Notes: a model not told the origin generated them from the letters alone. Counted from the stretch's first letter, positions 30,642 through 40,880 are shown. The stretch: 64,000 nt of DNA from Actinomycetota bacterium (GCA_035691205.1 DASSJM010000061.1:15932-79931); one strand, 5' to 3'. A program made the numbers and translations.

Positions 30642-31885
30642 ACCAAGAGATGATCGGTGCGCTCCGCGAGCTGGAGCGGGAGAAGGGCATCGCCTTCGAG
30701 ACGATCCTCGCGGGGCTCGAGGAGGCGATGGCCTCCGCCTACAAGTCGTGGTGGAAGCAGCAGCACCCCGACCTGGACGAGGACTCCTTCGGCGTGCGGG
30801 CGATGATCGACCCCGAGTCCGGCGACCTCCGGGTGTGGCTCCAGGAGCTCGAGCACATCGAGCACGAGGACGAGGAGGGCGAGGTCACGACCGAGACCAA
30901 GGTCCAGTCCGAGCAGGAGGTCGAGGTCACCGACGAGTTCAAGGGTCGCATCGGCGCGCAGACGGCCAAGCAGGTCATCTTCCAGAAGCTCCGCGACGCC
31001 GAGCGCGAGATGACGTACGAGGAGTTCGCCGGACGCGAGGGAGACGTCGTCACCGGCATCGTGCAGCAGTCCGAGCGCCGGTACACGCTGCTCGATCTCG
31101 GCAAGGTCGAGGCGCTCCTGCCGCAGGCCGAGCAGGTGCCGAGCGAGCCCTACCGGAGCGGTGAGCGGCTGAAGGGGTACATCACCGAGGTTCGCCGCGG
31201 CACGAAAGGCCCGCAGATCGTGGTCTCCCGCACACACCCCGGACTGCTGAAGAAGCTGTTCGAGATGGAGGTGCCCGAGGTGCAGGAGGGGATCGTCGAG
31301 ATCAAGGCGGTCGCCCGCGAGCCCGGCCACCGGTCCAAGATCGCGGTCGCGTCCAACGAGCCGGCCGTCGATCCCGTGGGTGCGTGCGTCGGGCCCAAAG
31401 GTTCGCGGGTCCGCAACGTCGTCACCGAGCTCCGCGGGGAGAAGATCGACGTCGTCCCGTGGAGCGCGGAGGCGGCGGCCTTCGTGGCGAACGCCCTCCA
31501 GCCGGCCAAGGTCAAGGAGGCCCGGGTCGATCCCGAGACACAGACCGCGCTCGTGATCGTGCCCGACTACCAGCTGTCGCTCGCGATCGGCAAGGAGGGG
31601 CAGAACGCCCGGCTCGCGGCGCGACTCACCGGGTGGCGGATCGACATCAAGAGCGAGACGCAGGTCGCGGACGAGGCGCGCGGGGGCCCTCCCCTGACCG
31701 CCCAAGCGCCCGTGGAGGCCTCGGCCGCCGAACCGCCAGGGGAGCCGTCCGGCGCATCGGCCGTGCCTCCCGAGGCTGCGGCCGTCGACGAGGCCCCGTC
31801 GTCCGAGGACAACACCGGTGAGCCGGAGGTGCCCGAGATCGCCGAGGCGGAGGAGGCCCCGGCCGAGGAGACGGCGGGGGCCTGA
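30638..31885 (+). CDS. nusA: Transcription termination/antitermination factor NusA
   Basis: NusA N-terminal domain, S1 and two KH domains (GACVGPKGSRVRNVVTEL...; LAIGKEGQNARLAARLTGWRIDI), and an acidic C-terminal tail. The ATG overlaps the end of rimP. Confidence 0.9.
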   Translation: MNQEMIGALRELEREKGIAFETILAGLEEAMASAYKSWWKQQHPDLDEDSFGVRAMIDPESGDLRVWLQELEHIEHEDEEGEVTTETKVQSEQEVEVTDEFKGRIGAQTAKQVIFQKLRDAEREMTYEEFAGREGDVVTGIVQQSERRYTLLDLGKVEALLPQAEQVPSEPYRSGERLKGYITEVRRGTKGPQIVVSRTHPGLLKKLFEMEVPEVQEGIVEIKAVAREPGHRSKIAVASNEPAVDPVGACVGPKGSRVRNVVTELRGEKIDVVPWSAEAAAFVANALQPAKVKEARVDPETQTALVIVPDYQLSLAIGKEGQNARLAARLTGWRIDIKSETQVADEARGGPPLTAQAPVEASAAEPPGEPSGASAVPPEAAAVDEAPSSEDNTGEPEVPEIAEAEEAPAEETAGA

Positions 31886-31888
31886 GCC

Positions 31889-32164
31889 GTGGGCCCCTCG
31901 CACGGTCCCGAGCGGACGTGCGTGGGGTGCCGGACCAGCGCGCCGAAGCGGGAGCTGTTGCGTCTCGTCGTAACGCCGGACGGGCACGTCCGTGTGGATC
32001 CTCCCGGGGCCGCACCCGGCAGGGGGGCGCACGTGCATCGCGACCCGGCGTGCGTGGAGCTGGCGCTCGGACGAGGCGCGATCGCGCGGGCGCTGCGGGT
32101 TCGGTTGGACGAGGGTGGAGCCGCTACCCTTAGGGCGGACATCGAAGGAGAGCTGGGTACGTGA
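31889..32164 (+). CDS. YlxR family (DUF448) RNA-binding protein
   Basis: 91 aa with the motif RTCVGCR.......LLRLV, and the conserved position between nusA and infB. Confidence 0.8.
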   Translation: MGPSHGPERTCVGCRTSAPKRELLRLVVTPDGHVRVDPPGAAPGRGAHVHRDPACVELALGRGAIARALRVRLDEGGAATLRADIEGELGT

Positions 32165-34287
32165 GGGTTCACGAGCTGGCCAAGGAGCTCGGCGTCGCGA
32201 GCAAGGAGCTGCTCGCCGCGCTGAAGGAGATGGGACTCGACGGGCTGACGGCATCGTCGTCGGTGCCGGAGCAGGCCGTTCCCAGACTCCGGGCCTCCGG
32301 CGGCAAGGCCGTGCCCGAGGCCAAGATGAAGGAGGTGGTCGAGGAGCCCCTCCCCAAGACCCGTGCGCGGAAGAAGAAGGCCGAGCCCGAGGCCGCCGAG
32401 GCCGGTCAGCCGGAGGAGGCGCCGGCCGCGGCCGCGGCGCCGGAGGAGGCGGCCGTGGTGGAGCCTGCGGCGCAGCCGGCTGCGCCGGCGGTCGTCGCCC
32501 CTCCCGCGGCCTCGCCAGCCGCTCCGGCCGGCCCAGCACTGCCGGTGCTCAAGCTCGTCAGGGGGGCGACGGCTCAGGACGTGGCGGACAAGACCCATCG
32601 GACCCCGGCGGAGGTCGTGAAGTCGCTGATCTCGCTGGGGGAGATGGCCACGGCGACCCAGTCGCTCTCGGACGAGGCGTTGACGGCGCTCGCGGCGGAC
32701 CTCGGGTACGAGGTGGAGATCGTGGGGGTCGACGAGGGCGAGGAGGAGCCCGAGGAGGAGGTCGACGAGTCCCGGCTCGAGCCCCGCGCGCCGGTCGTCA
32801 CGATCATGGGTCACGTCGACCATGGGAAGACGCTGCTCCTGGACGCGATCCGCCGCACCGACGTCGTTTCGCAGGAGTTCGGCGGCATCACGCAGCACAT
32901 CGGTGCCTACCAGGTCCACACCGACGAGCGCGAGGTGACGTTCATCGACACGCCCGGCCACGAGGCGTTCACGGCGATGCGGGCACGAGGCGCACAGGTC
33001 ACGGACATCGCCGTGCTGGTCGTGGCGGCGGACGATGGGGTGAAGCCGCAGACCGTGGAGGCGTTGGACCACGCCAAGGCAGCCGGGGTCCCGATCATCG
33101 TGGCCGTCAACAAGATCGACAAACCCGAGTCCGATCCCACCCGCGTCCGTCAGCAGATGGTCGAGCACGGCGTGGTGCCCTCGGAGTGGGGTGGCACGAA
33201 CGAGTTCGTCGACGTCTCCGCCAAGGCCCACACCAACCTGGACAGCCTCCTCGACACGATCCTCCTCGTGGCCGACGTCGAGGAGCTGAAGGGGGATCCG
33301 ATCGGACGCGCCCGCGGGGTCGTGCTCGAGGCACACCTGGACAAGGGCCGCGGACCCGTCGCGACCGTGCTCGTCCAGCGAGGGACGCTCGACGTGGGCG
33401 ACTCGCTGGTGTCGGGGACGACGTGGGCGAAGATCCGGGCGATGCTCGACGAGAACGGCCAGACCGTGAAGCAGGCGGGGCCGAGCAAGCCGGTGCAGAT
33501 CCTCGGCTGGTCGGCCACGCCGAACGCGGGCGACGACGTGCGAGAGGTCGAGGACGAGCGCGATGCGCGCCACCTCGCGCAGGAGCGCGAGGCGAAGGTG
33601 CGCGCGGCCGAGCAGGTCGCCACGCGCCCACCCACCCTCCAGGAGCTCATGGCGCAGGCCGCGCGGGACGAGGTCCCCGAGCTCAACCTGATCGTGAAGG
33701 CCGATGCGCAGGGCTCGATCGGCGCGCTCGTGGACGCCTTCGCCAAGCTTCCCCAGGACGAGGTGCGCGTGAACGTGATCCGCAGCGCCTCCGGCGCGAT
33801 CACCGAGAGCGACATCGCCCTCGCCCTCGCCTCGGGGGCGATCGTGGTGGGGTTCAACGTCCGCCCCGATGCCCAGGCCCGGGAGCTCTCGGAGAAGGAG
33901 GGCGTGGACGTCCGCCTGTACCGCGTCATCTACGACGCGATCGACGACATCCGCGGGGCGCTCTCGGGGATGCTGAAGCCCGAGGAGCGCGAGACCGAGC
34001 AGGGTCGCGCCGAGGTACGGGCGCTCTTCCGTGTGCCCAAGGTCGGCACCATCGCCGGCTCCTACGTGTTGCAGGGCACCATCACGCGGAACGCGAGGGC
34101 CCGCCTCGTGCGCGATGGGGTGATCGTCTACGACGGCCGCATCGGCTCGCTGAAGCGTTTCAAGGACGACGTCCGCGAGGTCGCCGAGGGGTTCGAGTGC
34201 GGCATCGGGATCGAGAACTTCAACGACATCAAGGAGGGCGACGTCATCGAGGCGTACGAGGTCCGCGAGGTCGCGCGCGAGCTGTAG
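32161..34287 (+). CDS. infB: Translation initiation factor IF-2
   Basis: An Ala/Pro-rich N-terminal region, then a GTPase domain ([14 protein letters not shown]...DTPGHEAF...NKID) and the C-terminal domains. The GTG start overlaps ylxR. Confidence 0.9.
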   Translation: MRVHELAKELGVASKELLAALKEMGLDGLTASSSVPEQAVPRLRASGGKAVPEAKMKEVVEEPLPKTRARKKKAEPEAAEAGQPEEAPAAAAAPEEAAVVEPAAQPAAPAVVAPPAASPAAPAGPALPVLKLVRGATAQDVADKTHRTPAEVVKSLISLGEMATATQSLSDEALTALAADLGYEVEIVGVDEGEEEPEEEVDESRLEPRAPVVTIMGHVDHGKTLLLDAIRRTDVVSQEFGGITQHIGAYQVHTDEREVTFIDTPGHEAFTAMRARGAQVTDIAVLVVAADDGVKPQTVEALDHAKAAGVPIIVAVNKIDKPESDPTRVRQQMVEHGVVPSEWGGTNEFVDVSAKAHTNLDSLLDTILLVADVEELKGDPIGRARGVVLEAHLDKGRGPVATVLVQRGTLDVGDSLVSGTTWAKIRAMLDENGQTVKQAGPSKPVQILGWSATPNAGDDVREVEDERDARHLAQEREAKVRAAEQVATRPPTLQELMAQAARDEVPELNLIVKADAQGSIGALVDAFAKLPQDEVRVNVIRSASGAITESDIALALASGAIVVGFNVRPDAQARELSEKEGVDVRLYRVIYDAIDDIRGALSGMLKPEERETEQGRAEVRALFRVPKVGTIAGSYVLQGTITRNARARLVRDGVIVYDGRIGSLKRFKDDVREVAEGFECGIGIENFNDIKEGDVIEAYEVREVAREL

Positions 34288-34290
34288 TCG

Positions 34291-34584
34291 GTGCTGGTCG
34301 CGCTCGAGCGATTCGACCTCCGCATCCCCGGATGCGGCTCCCTGAAGGAGAAGCGCCACGTGGTCAAGACGCTCTCGAACGCGATCCGGAGCACCTTCAA
34401 CGTGGCGGTCGCCGAGGTGGATCACCACGACCTCTGGCAGCGCACGACGATCGCGGTCGCCGTGGTCTCGGGTGAGCAGTACCACGCCCGCAAGGTCCTG
34501 CACGAGGTCGAGAAGCTCGTCGAGCGCTGGGCCGAGGTCGAGGTCATCGACACGGAGCTCACGCTCCACTACCCGGAGGACTGA
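34291..34584 (+). CDS. DUF503 family protein (YlxP-like)
   Basis: 97 aa with the motif ...LRIPGCGSLKEKRHVVK..., and the conserved position between infB and rbfA. Confidence 0.75.
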   Translation: MLVALERFDLRIPGCGSLKEKRHVVKTLSNAIRSTFNVAVAEVDHHDLWQRTTIAVAVVSGEQYHARKVLHEVEKLVERWAEVEVIDTELTLHYPED

Positions 34585-34586
34585 CC

Positions 34587-34943
34587 GTGCCCGATGGCGC
34601 GAGACCTTCGCGGGTCTCCGAGGAGCTCCGCGAGATCCTGGCCGAGGAGATCCCTCGCCTGAAGGACCCGCGTGTCGGGTTCGTCACCGTGATCGGCGTC
34701 GCGATGACCCCGGACCTGCGTCGCGCACGCGTCTCGTACACCTCGATGGGCGACGAGAGCGAACGACGCGCGACCGCGGCGGCGCTCCGTTCCGCTCGAG
34801 GACACCTGCGCAAGGTGATCGGGCGGCAGATCCGGATGAAGGTGCTGCCGGACCTCGAGTTCGAGGAGGACGAGACGGAACGCACGGCCGAGCGGATCGA
34901 GGAGCTGCTCCGGAAGGTGCGCCGGGAGGAGGGGCCGGGGTGA
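34587..34943 (+). CDS. rbfA: Ribosome-binding factor A
   Basis: KH-like RbfA core (RVSEELREILAEEI..LKDPRVGFVTVIGVAMTPDLRRARV). Confidence 0.85.
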   Translation: MPDGARPSRVSEELREILAEEIPRLKDPRVGFVTVIGVAMTPDLRRARVSYTSMGDESERRATAAALRSARGHLRKVIGRQIRMKVLPDLEFEEDETERTAERIEELLRKVRREEGPG

Positions 34944-35926
34944 GCCACATGGACCCCTTCGGGCGGGCGGCCGTCACGCTCATGGAGGCCTCGAGCGTCG
35001 CGCTCGCCTGCCACGTGAACCCCGACGCGGACGCGCTCGGCTCGATGCTCGGCCTGTCCAACCACCTCCGGGCGATGGGCAAGCAGACGCTCTGTTCCTT
35101 CCCCAACGAGCCGTTCGAGCTGCCACGTTGGACCGAGATGCTCCCCGGGCACGACGCGCTCGTGCCGCCGGGGGAGTTCCCCGAGCACCCCGACGTGATG
35201 GTCACCTGCGACGTCGCCTCGATGGACCGCCTCGCGATGCTCGGCGGTCCCGCGACCCGCGCGAAGCACCTGATCTGGATCGACCACCACGTTACGAACG
35301 AGGGCCTGGGCACGATCGCGCTGATCGATCCGCGGGCGAGCTCCACCTGTGAGCTCGTCTGGCGCCTCGTGCACGAGACGGGCCTCGAGCCCTCGACCCA
35401 GACCGCCACCTGCATCTATGCGGGGCTGGTCACCGACACGGGGCGGTTCCAGTACGAGGCCGTTCGGCCCGACACGCTGCGCCTGGCGGCCGAGCTGCGC
35501 GAGTTCCCGTTCGACCACGCCGCCCTCGTCCAGGCCCTGTACGAGGACAACTCGGTCGCGTACCTCAAGCTGCTCGGCGTGGCCCTCGAACGCGTCCGGC
35601 TCGAGCCGGACGTGGACATGGTCTGGAGCTACCTCACCCGAGCCGACCTGGACGATGCCGGGGTGCATCCAGCGGAGACGGACGACCTGATCGACGTGAT
35701 CCGCACCGCGCGCGAGGCGGACATCGCCGTCGTGCTCAAGGAGCAGCGGGACGGAGGGTTCAAGGTCAGCATGCGATCACGAGGTCGACACGACGTCGCC
35801 GGTGTGGCCGCGGCCTTCGGCGGCGGGGGGCACCGGCTCGCCGCCGGGTACACGTCCACGCACGGCCTCGCCGACACGGTCGAGCGCCTGAAGGGCGCGC
35901 TCGCCGGTGCCCCCGTCGAGCCGTAG
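34940..35926 (+). CDS. nrnA: DHH-family bifunctional oligoribonuclease / pAp phosphatase NrnA
   Basis: DHH motif (ACHVNPDADALGS...IDHH) and a DHHA1 C-terminus (GGGGH). The start is the GTG at 34940 overlapping rbfA, or the ATG at 34949. Confidence 0.8.
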   Translation: MSHMDPFGRAAVTLMEASSVALACHVNPDADALGSMLGLSNHLRAMGKQTLCSFPNEPFELPRWTEMLPGHDALVPPGEFPEHPDVMVTCDVASMDRLAMLGGPATRAKHLIWIDHHVTNEGLGTIALIDPRASSTCELVWRLVHETGLEPSTQTATCIYAGLVTDTGRFQYEAVRPDTLRLAAELREFPFDHAALVQALYEDNSVAYLKLLGVALERVRLEPDVDMVWSYLTRADLDDAGVHPAETDDLIDVIRTAREADIAVVLKEQRDGGFKVSMRSRGRHDVAGVAAAFGGGGHRLAAGYTSTHGLADTVERLKGALAGAPVEP

Positions 35927-35928
35927 CG

Positions 35929-36780
35929 ATGGCGATCGGGCCCGACGGACTCCTGCTCGTGGACAAGCCCCCCGCGATGACCTCACACGACGTGGTCGAC
36001 GCCGAGCGTCGACACCTCGGCACCCGGAAGGTCGGCCACGCCGGGACCCTGGACCCGATGGCGACGGGGCTCCTCGTGCTCGGGATCGGTCGAGCGACGA
36101 GGCTGCTGCGCTACCTCGGCGACCTCCCGAAGACGTACGAGGGCACCGCGCGGCTCGGCGAGGAGACCGACACCCTCGATGCGGAGGGGGTCGTGCTTCG
36201 GACGGCACCCGTGGACGTCACCCACGCAGAGCTCGTGCGTGCGTGCGCGGCGCTGGTCGGGGAGACGATGCAGACCCCGCCGGCCTACTCGGCGGTGAAG
36301 GTCGGCGGGCGCAAGCTGGTCGACGCGGCCCGCAGGGGGGAGCGGCTCGAGGCTCCGGCCCGGCCGATCCGGGTCGATCGGTTCGAGGTCACGAGCTTCG
36401 CGACGCCCTCGTTCGGGTTCGAGGTGACCTGCTCGGGCGGCACCTACGTGCGGGTGCTGGTGGCCGACGTCGGTTCGACGCTCGGCTGCGGCGCGCACCT
36501 GAGCGCCTTGCGCCGGACCGCGATCGGTCCCTTCGACGTGGCCGACGCTCGAGCGCCCGGCCGGGGCGAGCCACTGCCGGTCGAGGCGGCGGTGCGACAC
36601 CTGCCGCGCGTGGACCTCGGCCAGGAGGAGGCCATGGCCGCCAGGCACGGGAGCATCCTCGGGCCCACCGGCATCCAGGGACCCCATGCGGTCTTCGCCC
36701 CCGACGGACGCCTGATCGGCGTCTACCGGGACGAGGGCGCCAAGGCTCGTCCCGAGGTGATCGTGCCGGAGAGCGTGTGA
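35929..36780 (+). CDS. truB: tRNA pseudouridine(55) synthase TruB
   Basis: Motifs LLVDKPPAMTSHDVV...GHAGTLDPMATGLLVLGIG and a PUA-like C-terminus. Confidence 0.9.
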   Translation: MAIGPDGLLLVDKPPAMTSHDVVDAERRHLGTRKVGHAGTLDPMATGLLVLGIGRATRLLRYLGDLPKTYEGTARLGEETDTLDAEGVVLRTAPVDVTHAELVRACAALVGETMQTPPAYSAVKVGGRKLVDAARRGERLEAPARPIRVDRFEVTSFATPSFGFEVTCSGGTYVRVLVADVGSTLGCGAHLSALRRTAIGPFDVADARAPGRGEPLPVEAAVRHLPRVDLGQEEAMAARHGSILGPTGIQGPHAVFAPDGRLIGVYRDEGAKARPEVIVPESV

Positions 36781-36815
36781 GCGCCCGCGTGCAGTCGCGG
36801 CGCACGTCTGCAAGC

Positions 36816-37931
36816 ATGTCCCATGACGTCCGACGAGCCAGGCACGGTATGACGCTCAAGCGCGTCGTCGGACTCGTCTTCTCCGTTGCGATCGTCGTCG
36901 GGATCTTCGCCTATGCGATCCCGCGCATCGCGGACTACTCAGCCGTCTGGGCGACGATCCAGAACCTCACGCCGATCGAGTTCGTATCGCTTCTCGCCGC
37001 GACGGTGCTGAACCTGTTCACGTACTGGCTCGCGAACATGGCGGCGCTGCCGGGGCTCCGTCTCGGGCCCGCCGCCGTCGTCACCCAGACGACCACGTCG
37101 GTGGCCAACACCCTGCCGGCGGGCGGGGCGATCGCGGTCGGACTCACGTTCTCCATCCTGCGGTCGTGGGGCTTCACGGCGCAGTCGATCACCCTGTACA
37201 TCGGGGTCACCGGCGTGTGGAACGTGTTCGTGAAGCTCGCCCTGCCGGTGGTCTCGTTGGCCTTGCTGGCTCTCACCGGGCAGGTGAGCCCGGCCCTGGT
37301 GGTGGCCTCGATCGTCGGGCTGGCGGTGTTGATCGTCGCGGTCGTCCTGTTCTCGCTCGCGCTGTCGAGCAAGGAGTTCGCGCGTCGGATCGGCGAGGGC
37401 CTCGGGCGGCTCGTGTCGTGGTTCCGCAAGCGCTTCCGCAAGGCGGCGGTCACGGGTTGGGGGGAGCACGCGGTCGCGTTCCGCAGACGGACGATCGTCC
37501 TGGTCGCCGGGCGCTGGATCAGGATCACCCTCACGACCATCGCGTCCCAGCTCGCGTTGTGGCTCGTCCTGCTGCTGTGCCTTCGCCACGTCGGGATCTC
37601 AGAGCAGGAGGTCTCCACCCTGCAGACCCTGGCCGTGTTCGCGTTCGGCCGGCTGCTCGGGGCGATCCCGATCACGCCGGGTGGCCTCGGCGTGATCGAG
37701 CTCGGGTACATCGGCGGACTGGTGGCGGCCGGCGGGAACGAGGCCCAGGTGGTGGCGGCGGTCCTGCTGTTCCGCGCGCTGACCTACGGGATCCAGATCC
37801 CGATCGGCGCGTTCACGTACCTGATCTGGCGCGCGAAGCGGAGCTGGAGGCTGGAGATCCACCCCGACATCGCCGGGGAGGCCCAGCTCGAGCCCGAGGC
37901 CGAGGTCGGAACCGACTTCCTCCCCGCGTAG
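36816..37931 (+). CDS. Flippase-like membrane protein (lysylphosphatidylglycerol synthase TM-region / UPF0104 family)
   Basis: About 370 aa with about eight TM helices. The C-terminal GRLLGAIPITPGGLGVIELGYIGGL motif is characteristic of the MprF-like translocase domain. The start is the ATG at 36816 or at 36849. Confidence 0.6.
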   Translation: MSHDVRRARHGMTLKRVVGLVFSVAIVVGIFAYAIPRIADYSAVWATIQNLTPIEFVSLLAATVLNLFTYWLANMAALPGLRLGPAAVVTQTTTSVANTLPAGGAIAVGLTFSILRSWGFTAQSITLYIGVTGVWNVFVKLALPVVSLALLALTGQVSPALVVASIVGLAVLIVAVVLFSLALSSKEFARRIGEGLGRLVSWFRKRFRKAAVTGWGEHAVAFRRRTIVLVAGRWIRITLTTIASQLALWLVLLLCLRHVGISEQEVSTLQTLAVFAFGRLLGAIPITPGGLGVIELGYIGGLVAAGGNEAQVVAAVLLFRALTYGIQIPIGAFTYLIWRAKRSWRLEIHPDIAGEAQLEPEAEVGTDFLPA

Positions 37932-37932
37932 C

Positions 37933-38610
37933 TCATCCGTCGCGCACGCTCTCGCGCCGCCGCAGGGCGACGTCGTGGATCTCGGTCACCAGGGCGGCGC
38001 AGCCCAGGGCGATGCCGGTCCCGAGCAGGACGCCCGCGAGGACGTCGGAGAACCAGTGCGCGAGAAGGTAGACGCGCGAGCTCGCCATGACGAACGCGAA
38101 CGCGGCGGCCGCGAACTCCCATCGTCGACGTTTGGGCCCAGGCGCCAGCAGGACCAGGACGAACGCCACGGCGATCGAGGCACCGGCCACCGCGTGACCC
38201 GACGGGAAGGAGAACCCGACGGTCTCGACGAGCGAACCGGGCGGGCGCCCACGGTGGAAGAAGTCCTTGGCCACCAGCACGGTGATCTCGGCGACCGCCC
38301 AGGTCAGGAGCCAGGTGGCGAGCGCTCGCCAGCGCGTCCTGGACAGGAGCCACAGCGCCACGACGATGCGGAACGGGATCGTGACCACGCCGCTCCCGAT
38401 GAGGTTGAGCAGGCGAGCCACGGCCGTGAGCGGCTCGTTCCGGATGTCGACCATCGCGTGGGAGATCGCGAGGTCCCATTCGCCCAGGAACGGCAGGGTG
38501 GTCTCCGGTGCCGCGGCGGGTGGGTGGCGACCCACCGCGACGAAGACGAAGACCGTCGCTGCGAGGAGCGCGATCGCCCACCAGAAGGCCCGGCGGTGGT
38601 CGGTGAGCAC
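37933..38610 (-). CDS. PAP2 family lipid-phosphate phosphatase (membrane)
   Basis: All three PAP2 motifs are intact: KDFFHRGRPP, FPSGHA, SRVYLLAHWFSD. Confidence 0.8.
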   Translation of the reverse strand: MLTDHRRAFWWAIALLAATVFVFVAVGRHPPAAAPETTLPFLGEWDLAISHAMVDIRNEPLTAVARLLNLIGSGVVTIPFRIVVALWLLSRTRWRALATWLLTWAVAEITVLVAKDFFHRGRPPGSLVETVGFSFPSGHAVAGASIAVAFVLVLLAPGPKRRRWEFAAAAFAFVMASSRVYLLAHWFSDVLAGVLLGTGIALGCAALVTEIHDVALRRRESVRDG

Positions 38611-38613
38611 TTC

Positions 38614-39198
38614 TCAGTCCTCGCCCACGCACGGCGGGGCTTCGGCGCCGCAGAGCGTGAGTCCCCATCCCTCCTCGACGAGGTCCACCACCTCCGCCCT
38701 CGGCAGGAACGTCAGGGCGTCGTCGGCCTCGAACGCGAGCGTCGCGGCCTGCGCGACGTCGAGGAATCGGTATCGGTAGGTTACGCAGCCGCCGACGAAC
38801 ACGAAGTGCCGATCGGCGGCGTACGGGGTGACGCTGATCGATTCGCGGTACACCCGCACGTCGAGCTCGCCCGAGGCCCTCGTCACCTCCTCGAGGCCGG
38901 CGACGTCGCAGCTCGGCGCGAGCACGACCTCGACCGAGTGGATCCCGGCCCGGTCCGAGTCCAACCAGAACCGCGCGGTGCCGTTGCGCATCTCGGAGCC
39001 GCCGTATCCCCATCCCGGCGGGAACAGGCGGATACACGGGAGGAGCGTCGCCGAGGGGACGGATTGCGCCATCAAGATGAAGGGCGCCGCGTCGTCCGGC
39101 TGACACAGCACCTCCTCCGAACGCGCCGAGCCCGCCGCGCACCCTGAGAGCGTGACGGCGACCGCGATCAGGGCGAGGACCCTGGCCGATGGGCTCAC
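38614..39198 (-). CDS. Cys-rich lipoprotein of unknown function
   Basis: The GTG start overlaps the upstream stop (GTGA). A lipobox (AVAVTLSGC) is present. Six further Cys suggest disulfides, and third-position GC bias is strong. Confidence 0.55.
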   Translation of the reverse strand: MSPSARVLALIAVAVTLSGCAAGSARSEEVLCQPDDAAPFILMAQSVPSATLLPCIRLFPPGWGYGGSEMRNGTARFWLDSDRAGIHSVEVVLAPSCDVAGLEEVTRASGELDVRVYRESISVTPYAADRHFVFVGGCVTYRYRFLDVAQAATLAFEADDALTFLPRAEVVDLVEEGWGLTLCGAEAPPCVGED

Positions 39199-40880
39199 GC
39201 GAACACCGCCCAGTTGTTCACGACCAGCAGGAGCGCCAGCATGAGGACCAGCACGACCCCGAGCGTCAGGGTCACCCGGCGGATGCTCCAGCGCTGGATC
39301 GCTACCGGCGCACGGTCGGGGGCGAGCCGGCGGAAGCGTGCCAGCAGGTCCCGGCCGTCGCGCTTGAGGTGCGCCCGCAGCTGGGTGGGGCTCGCGACCC
39401 CGCGGGTCGCGGCGAACGCCTCGGCGAGTTCGTCCTCGGTGAAGAAACTCGTGGCCCGCTGGTAGACGCGGTCGGCGTCGGTGCGGAGCGCGAGGACCAG
39501 CATCATGTTGGCCAGGTCGACGGCCTGGCGCCACGGCGACGGACGGACCTGGACGAAGAAGACGTCGATCAGCTTGAGCTGGCCGTCCTGCACCATGAGG
39601 TTCGCCGGCTTGATATCTCGGTGGGCGAGCCCCTCGTCCCAGAGGCGTCGGACCAGCATGAGGCCCTGCTCGATGATCGAGTCGTCGACGTCCGCCTCGC
39701 TGATCTCGACGGCGCCGTCGAAGAACTCCATCACGATCATGTACTCGCGCTCGGGGGTGATCTCCACGACCCCGTACGGTGTGGGGGAGGGGAGCCCGAG
39801 GTCCTGTAGGAGCCGAAGGGTGTAGTCCTCGTACTCCACGAACCGCCGGACCGACGTGAACCGGCTCTCGTCCTCCAGGGCCCCGTACAGGATCGTCCGA
39901 CCGAGCTTGTACCAGCGGTCGGCGCGGACGTGGCTCTTCGCGTAGAGCTTGGCGAACAGGTACCGCTCGGGCTGGCCGCCGCCGGCGGCGATGCGCAGCC
40001 GCAAGGGGGTGGAGCCACCCGAGGCCTCCAGCCCGACCGGCTTCAGGTCGAGCACCTCCATGTCGAGCTGGTCGCGCACCCCCGCGACGATCGCCTCGCC
40101 CCGACGACCCCCGACGTCCAGGTGCGCGGCCTTGCCCCTCCCATAGGTCACGGGGAAGACGTCGTTCGGCGTGAACAGGCGGAAGGCGACCAGACCGATC
40201 GCGACCCCGAAGATCGCCCCGAACACGGCGTCCGTTGGGAACTCGACGGCCAGGTAGATGCGCGCGAGCCCGACCAGCCCGAGGACGATCCCGATCGCCC
40301 ACTTGGTCCGGTAGCGGGGCCGCCCCGGCACGACCAGGCAGTAGGCCATGCCGATCAGCGTCACCGCGAGCCCGGCCATCGGCCGTGATGGCATCGAGAA
40401 GTCCTCCCAGGAGGCGAGGATCCTGACATCGAGGGGTCGCGGGCGGCCCATGACGACCGACAGGTCGTAGGCCAGCACACCGGTGACGATCAGTGCGCCG
40501 AGGAACACGAACAGATGCCGCCACCTCCGAAAGGCGATCAGGGCGCCGATGGTCCCCCATCGCAGGATCCGGATCGTCCAGCTCAGCGCCAGCACGTTCA
40601 CGAGCTTCATCGCATCGGTGAGCCACGGGGTCCGCAGCTCGGCGATCCACCGGAGCACGGCGGACTCCAAGCGCTGGAACACGTCCGCCACCGTGGGGAG
40701 CAGCAGGGCGCCGGCGAACACGAGCAGGAAGTAGCCGGCCATGATCAGCCAGAAGCGTCCGGACCGCCCCAGGTCTCTCGGGAGCGGCGGCGGCTCGCCG
40801 GAGGGCCGACGACGCCGGGTCCGGCCACCGGGCAGGTGCCGCTCGTCGGCGACGACTCGAGGATCCCGGGCGGCGTCCAT
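39195..40880 (-). CDS. Membrane protein fusing a degenerate PAP2-like domain to an ePK/Kdo-type protein kinase-like domain
   Basis: The N-terminal 6-TM region has PAP2-like motifs with the catalytic residues substituted (GRPRP; PSRP instead of PSGH; ARIYLAVEFPTD, with His replaced by Glu). The C-terminus has a kinase fold (FAKLY lysine, catalytic loop HRDIKPANLMV, LIDVFF in place of DFG) and a terminal TM helix. Confidence 0.7.
   Translation of the reverse strand: MDAARDPRVVADERHLPGGRTRRRRPSGEPPPLPRDLGRSGRFWLIMAGYFLLVFAGALLLPTVADVFQRLESAVLRWIAELRTPWLTDAMKLVNVLALSWTIRILRWGTIGALIAFRRWRHLFVFLGALIVTGVLAYDLSVVMGRPRPLDVRILASWEDFSMPSRPMAGLAVTLIGMAYCLVVPGRPRYRTKWAIGIVLGLVGLARIYLAVEFPTDAVFGAIFGVAIGLVAFRLFTPNDVFPVTYGRGKAAHLDVGGRRGEAIVAGVRDQLDMEVLDLKPVGLEASGGSTPLRLRIAAGGGQPERYLFAKLYAKSHVRADRWYKLGRTILYGALEDESRFTSVRRFVEYEDYTLRLLQDLGLPSPTPYGVVEITPEREYMIVMEFFDGAVEISEADVDDSIIEQGLMLVRRLWDEGLAHRDIKPANLMVQDGQLKLIDVFFVQVRPSPWRQAVDLANMMLVLALRTDADRVYQRATSFFTEDELAEAFAATRGVASPTQLRAHLKRDGRDLLARFRRLAPDRAPVAIQRWSIRRVTLTLGVVLVLMLALLLVVNNWAVFA

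Noticed and set aside
36781-36815. GC-rich imperfect palindrome after truB as a terminator
   Set aside because: The stem is bulged and has no U-tract. I could not distinguish it from background GC-rich self-complementarity.
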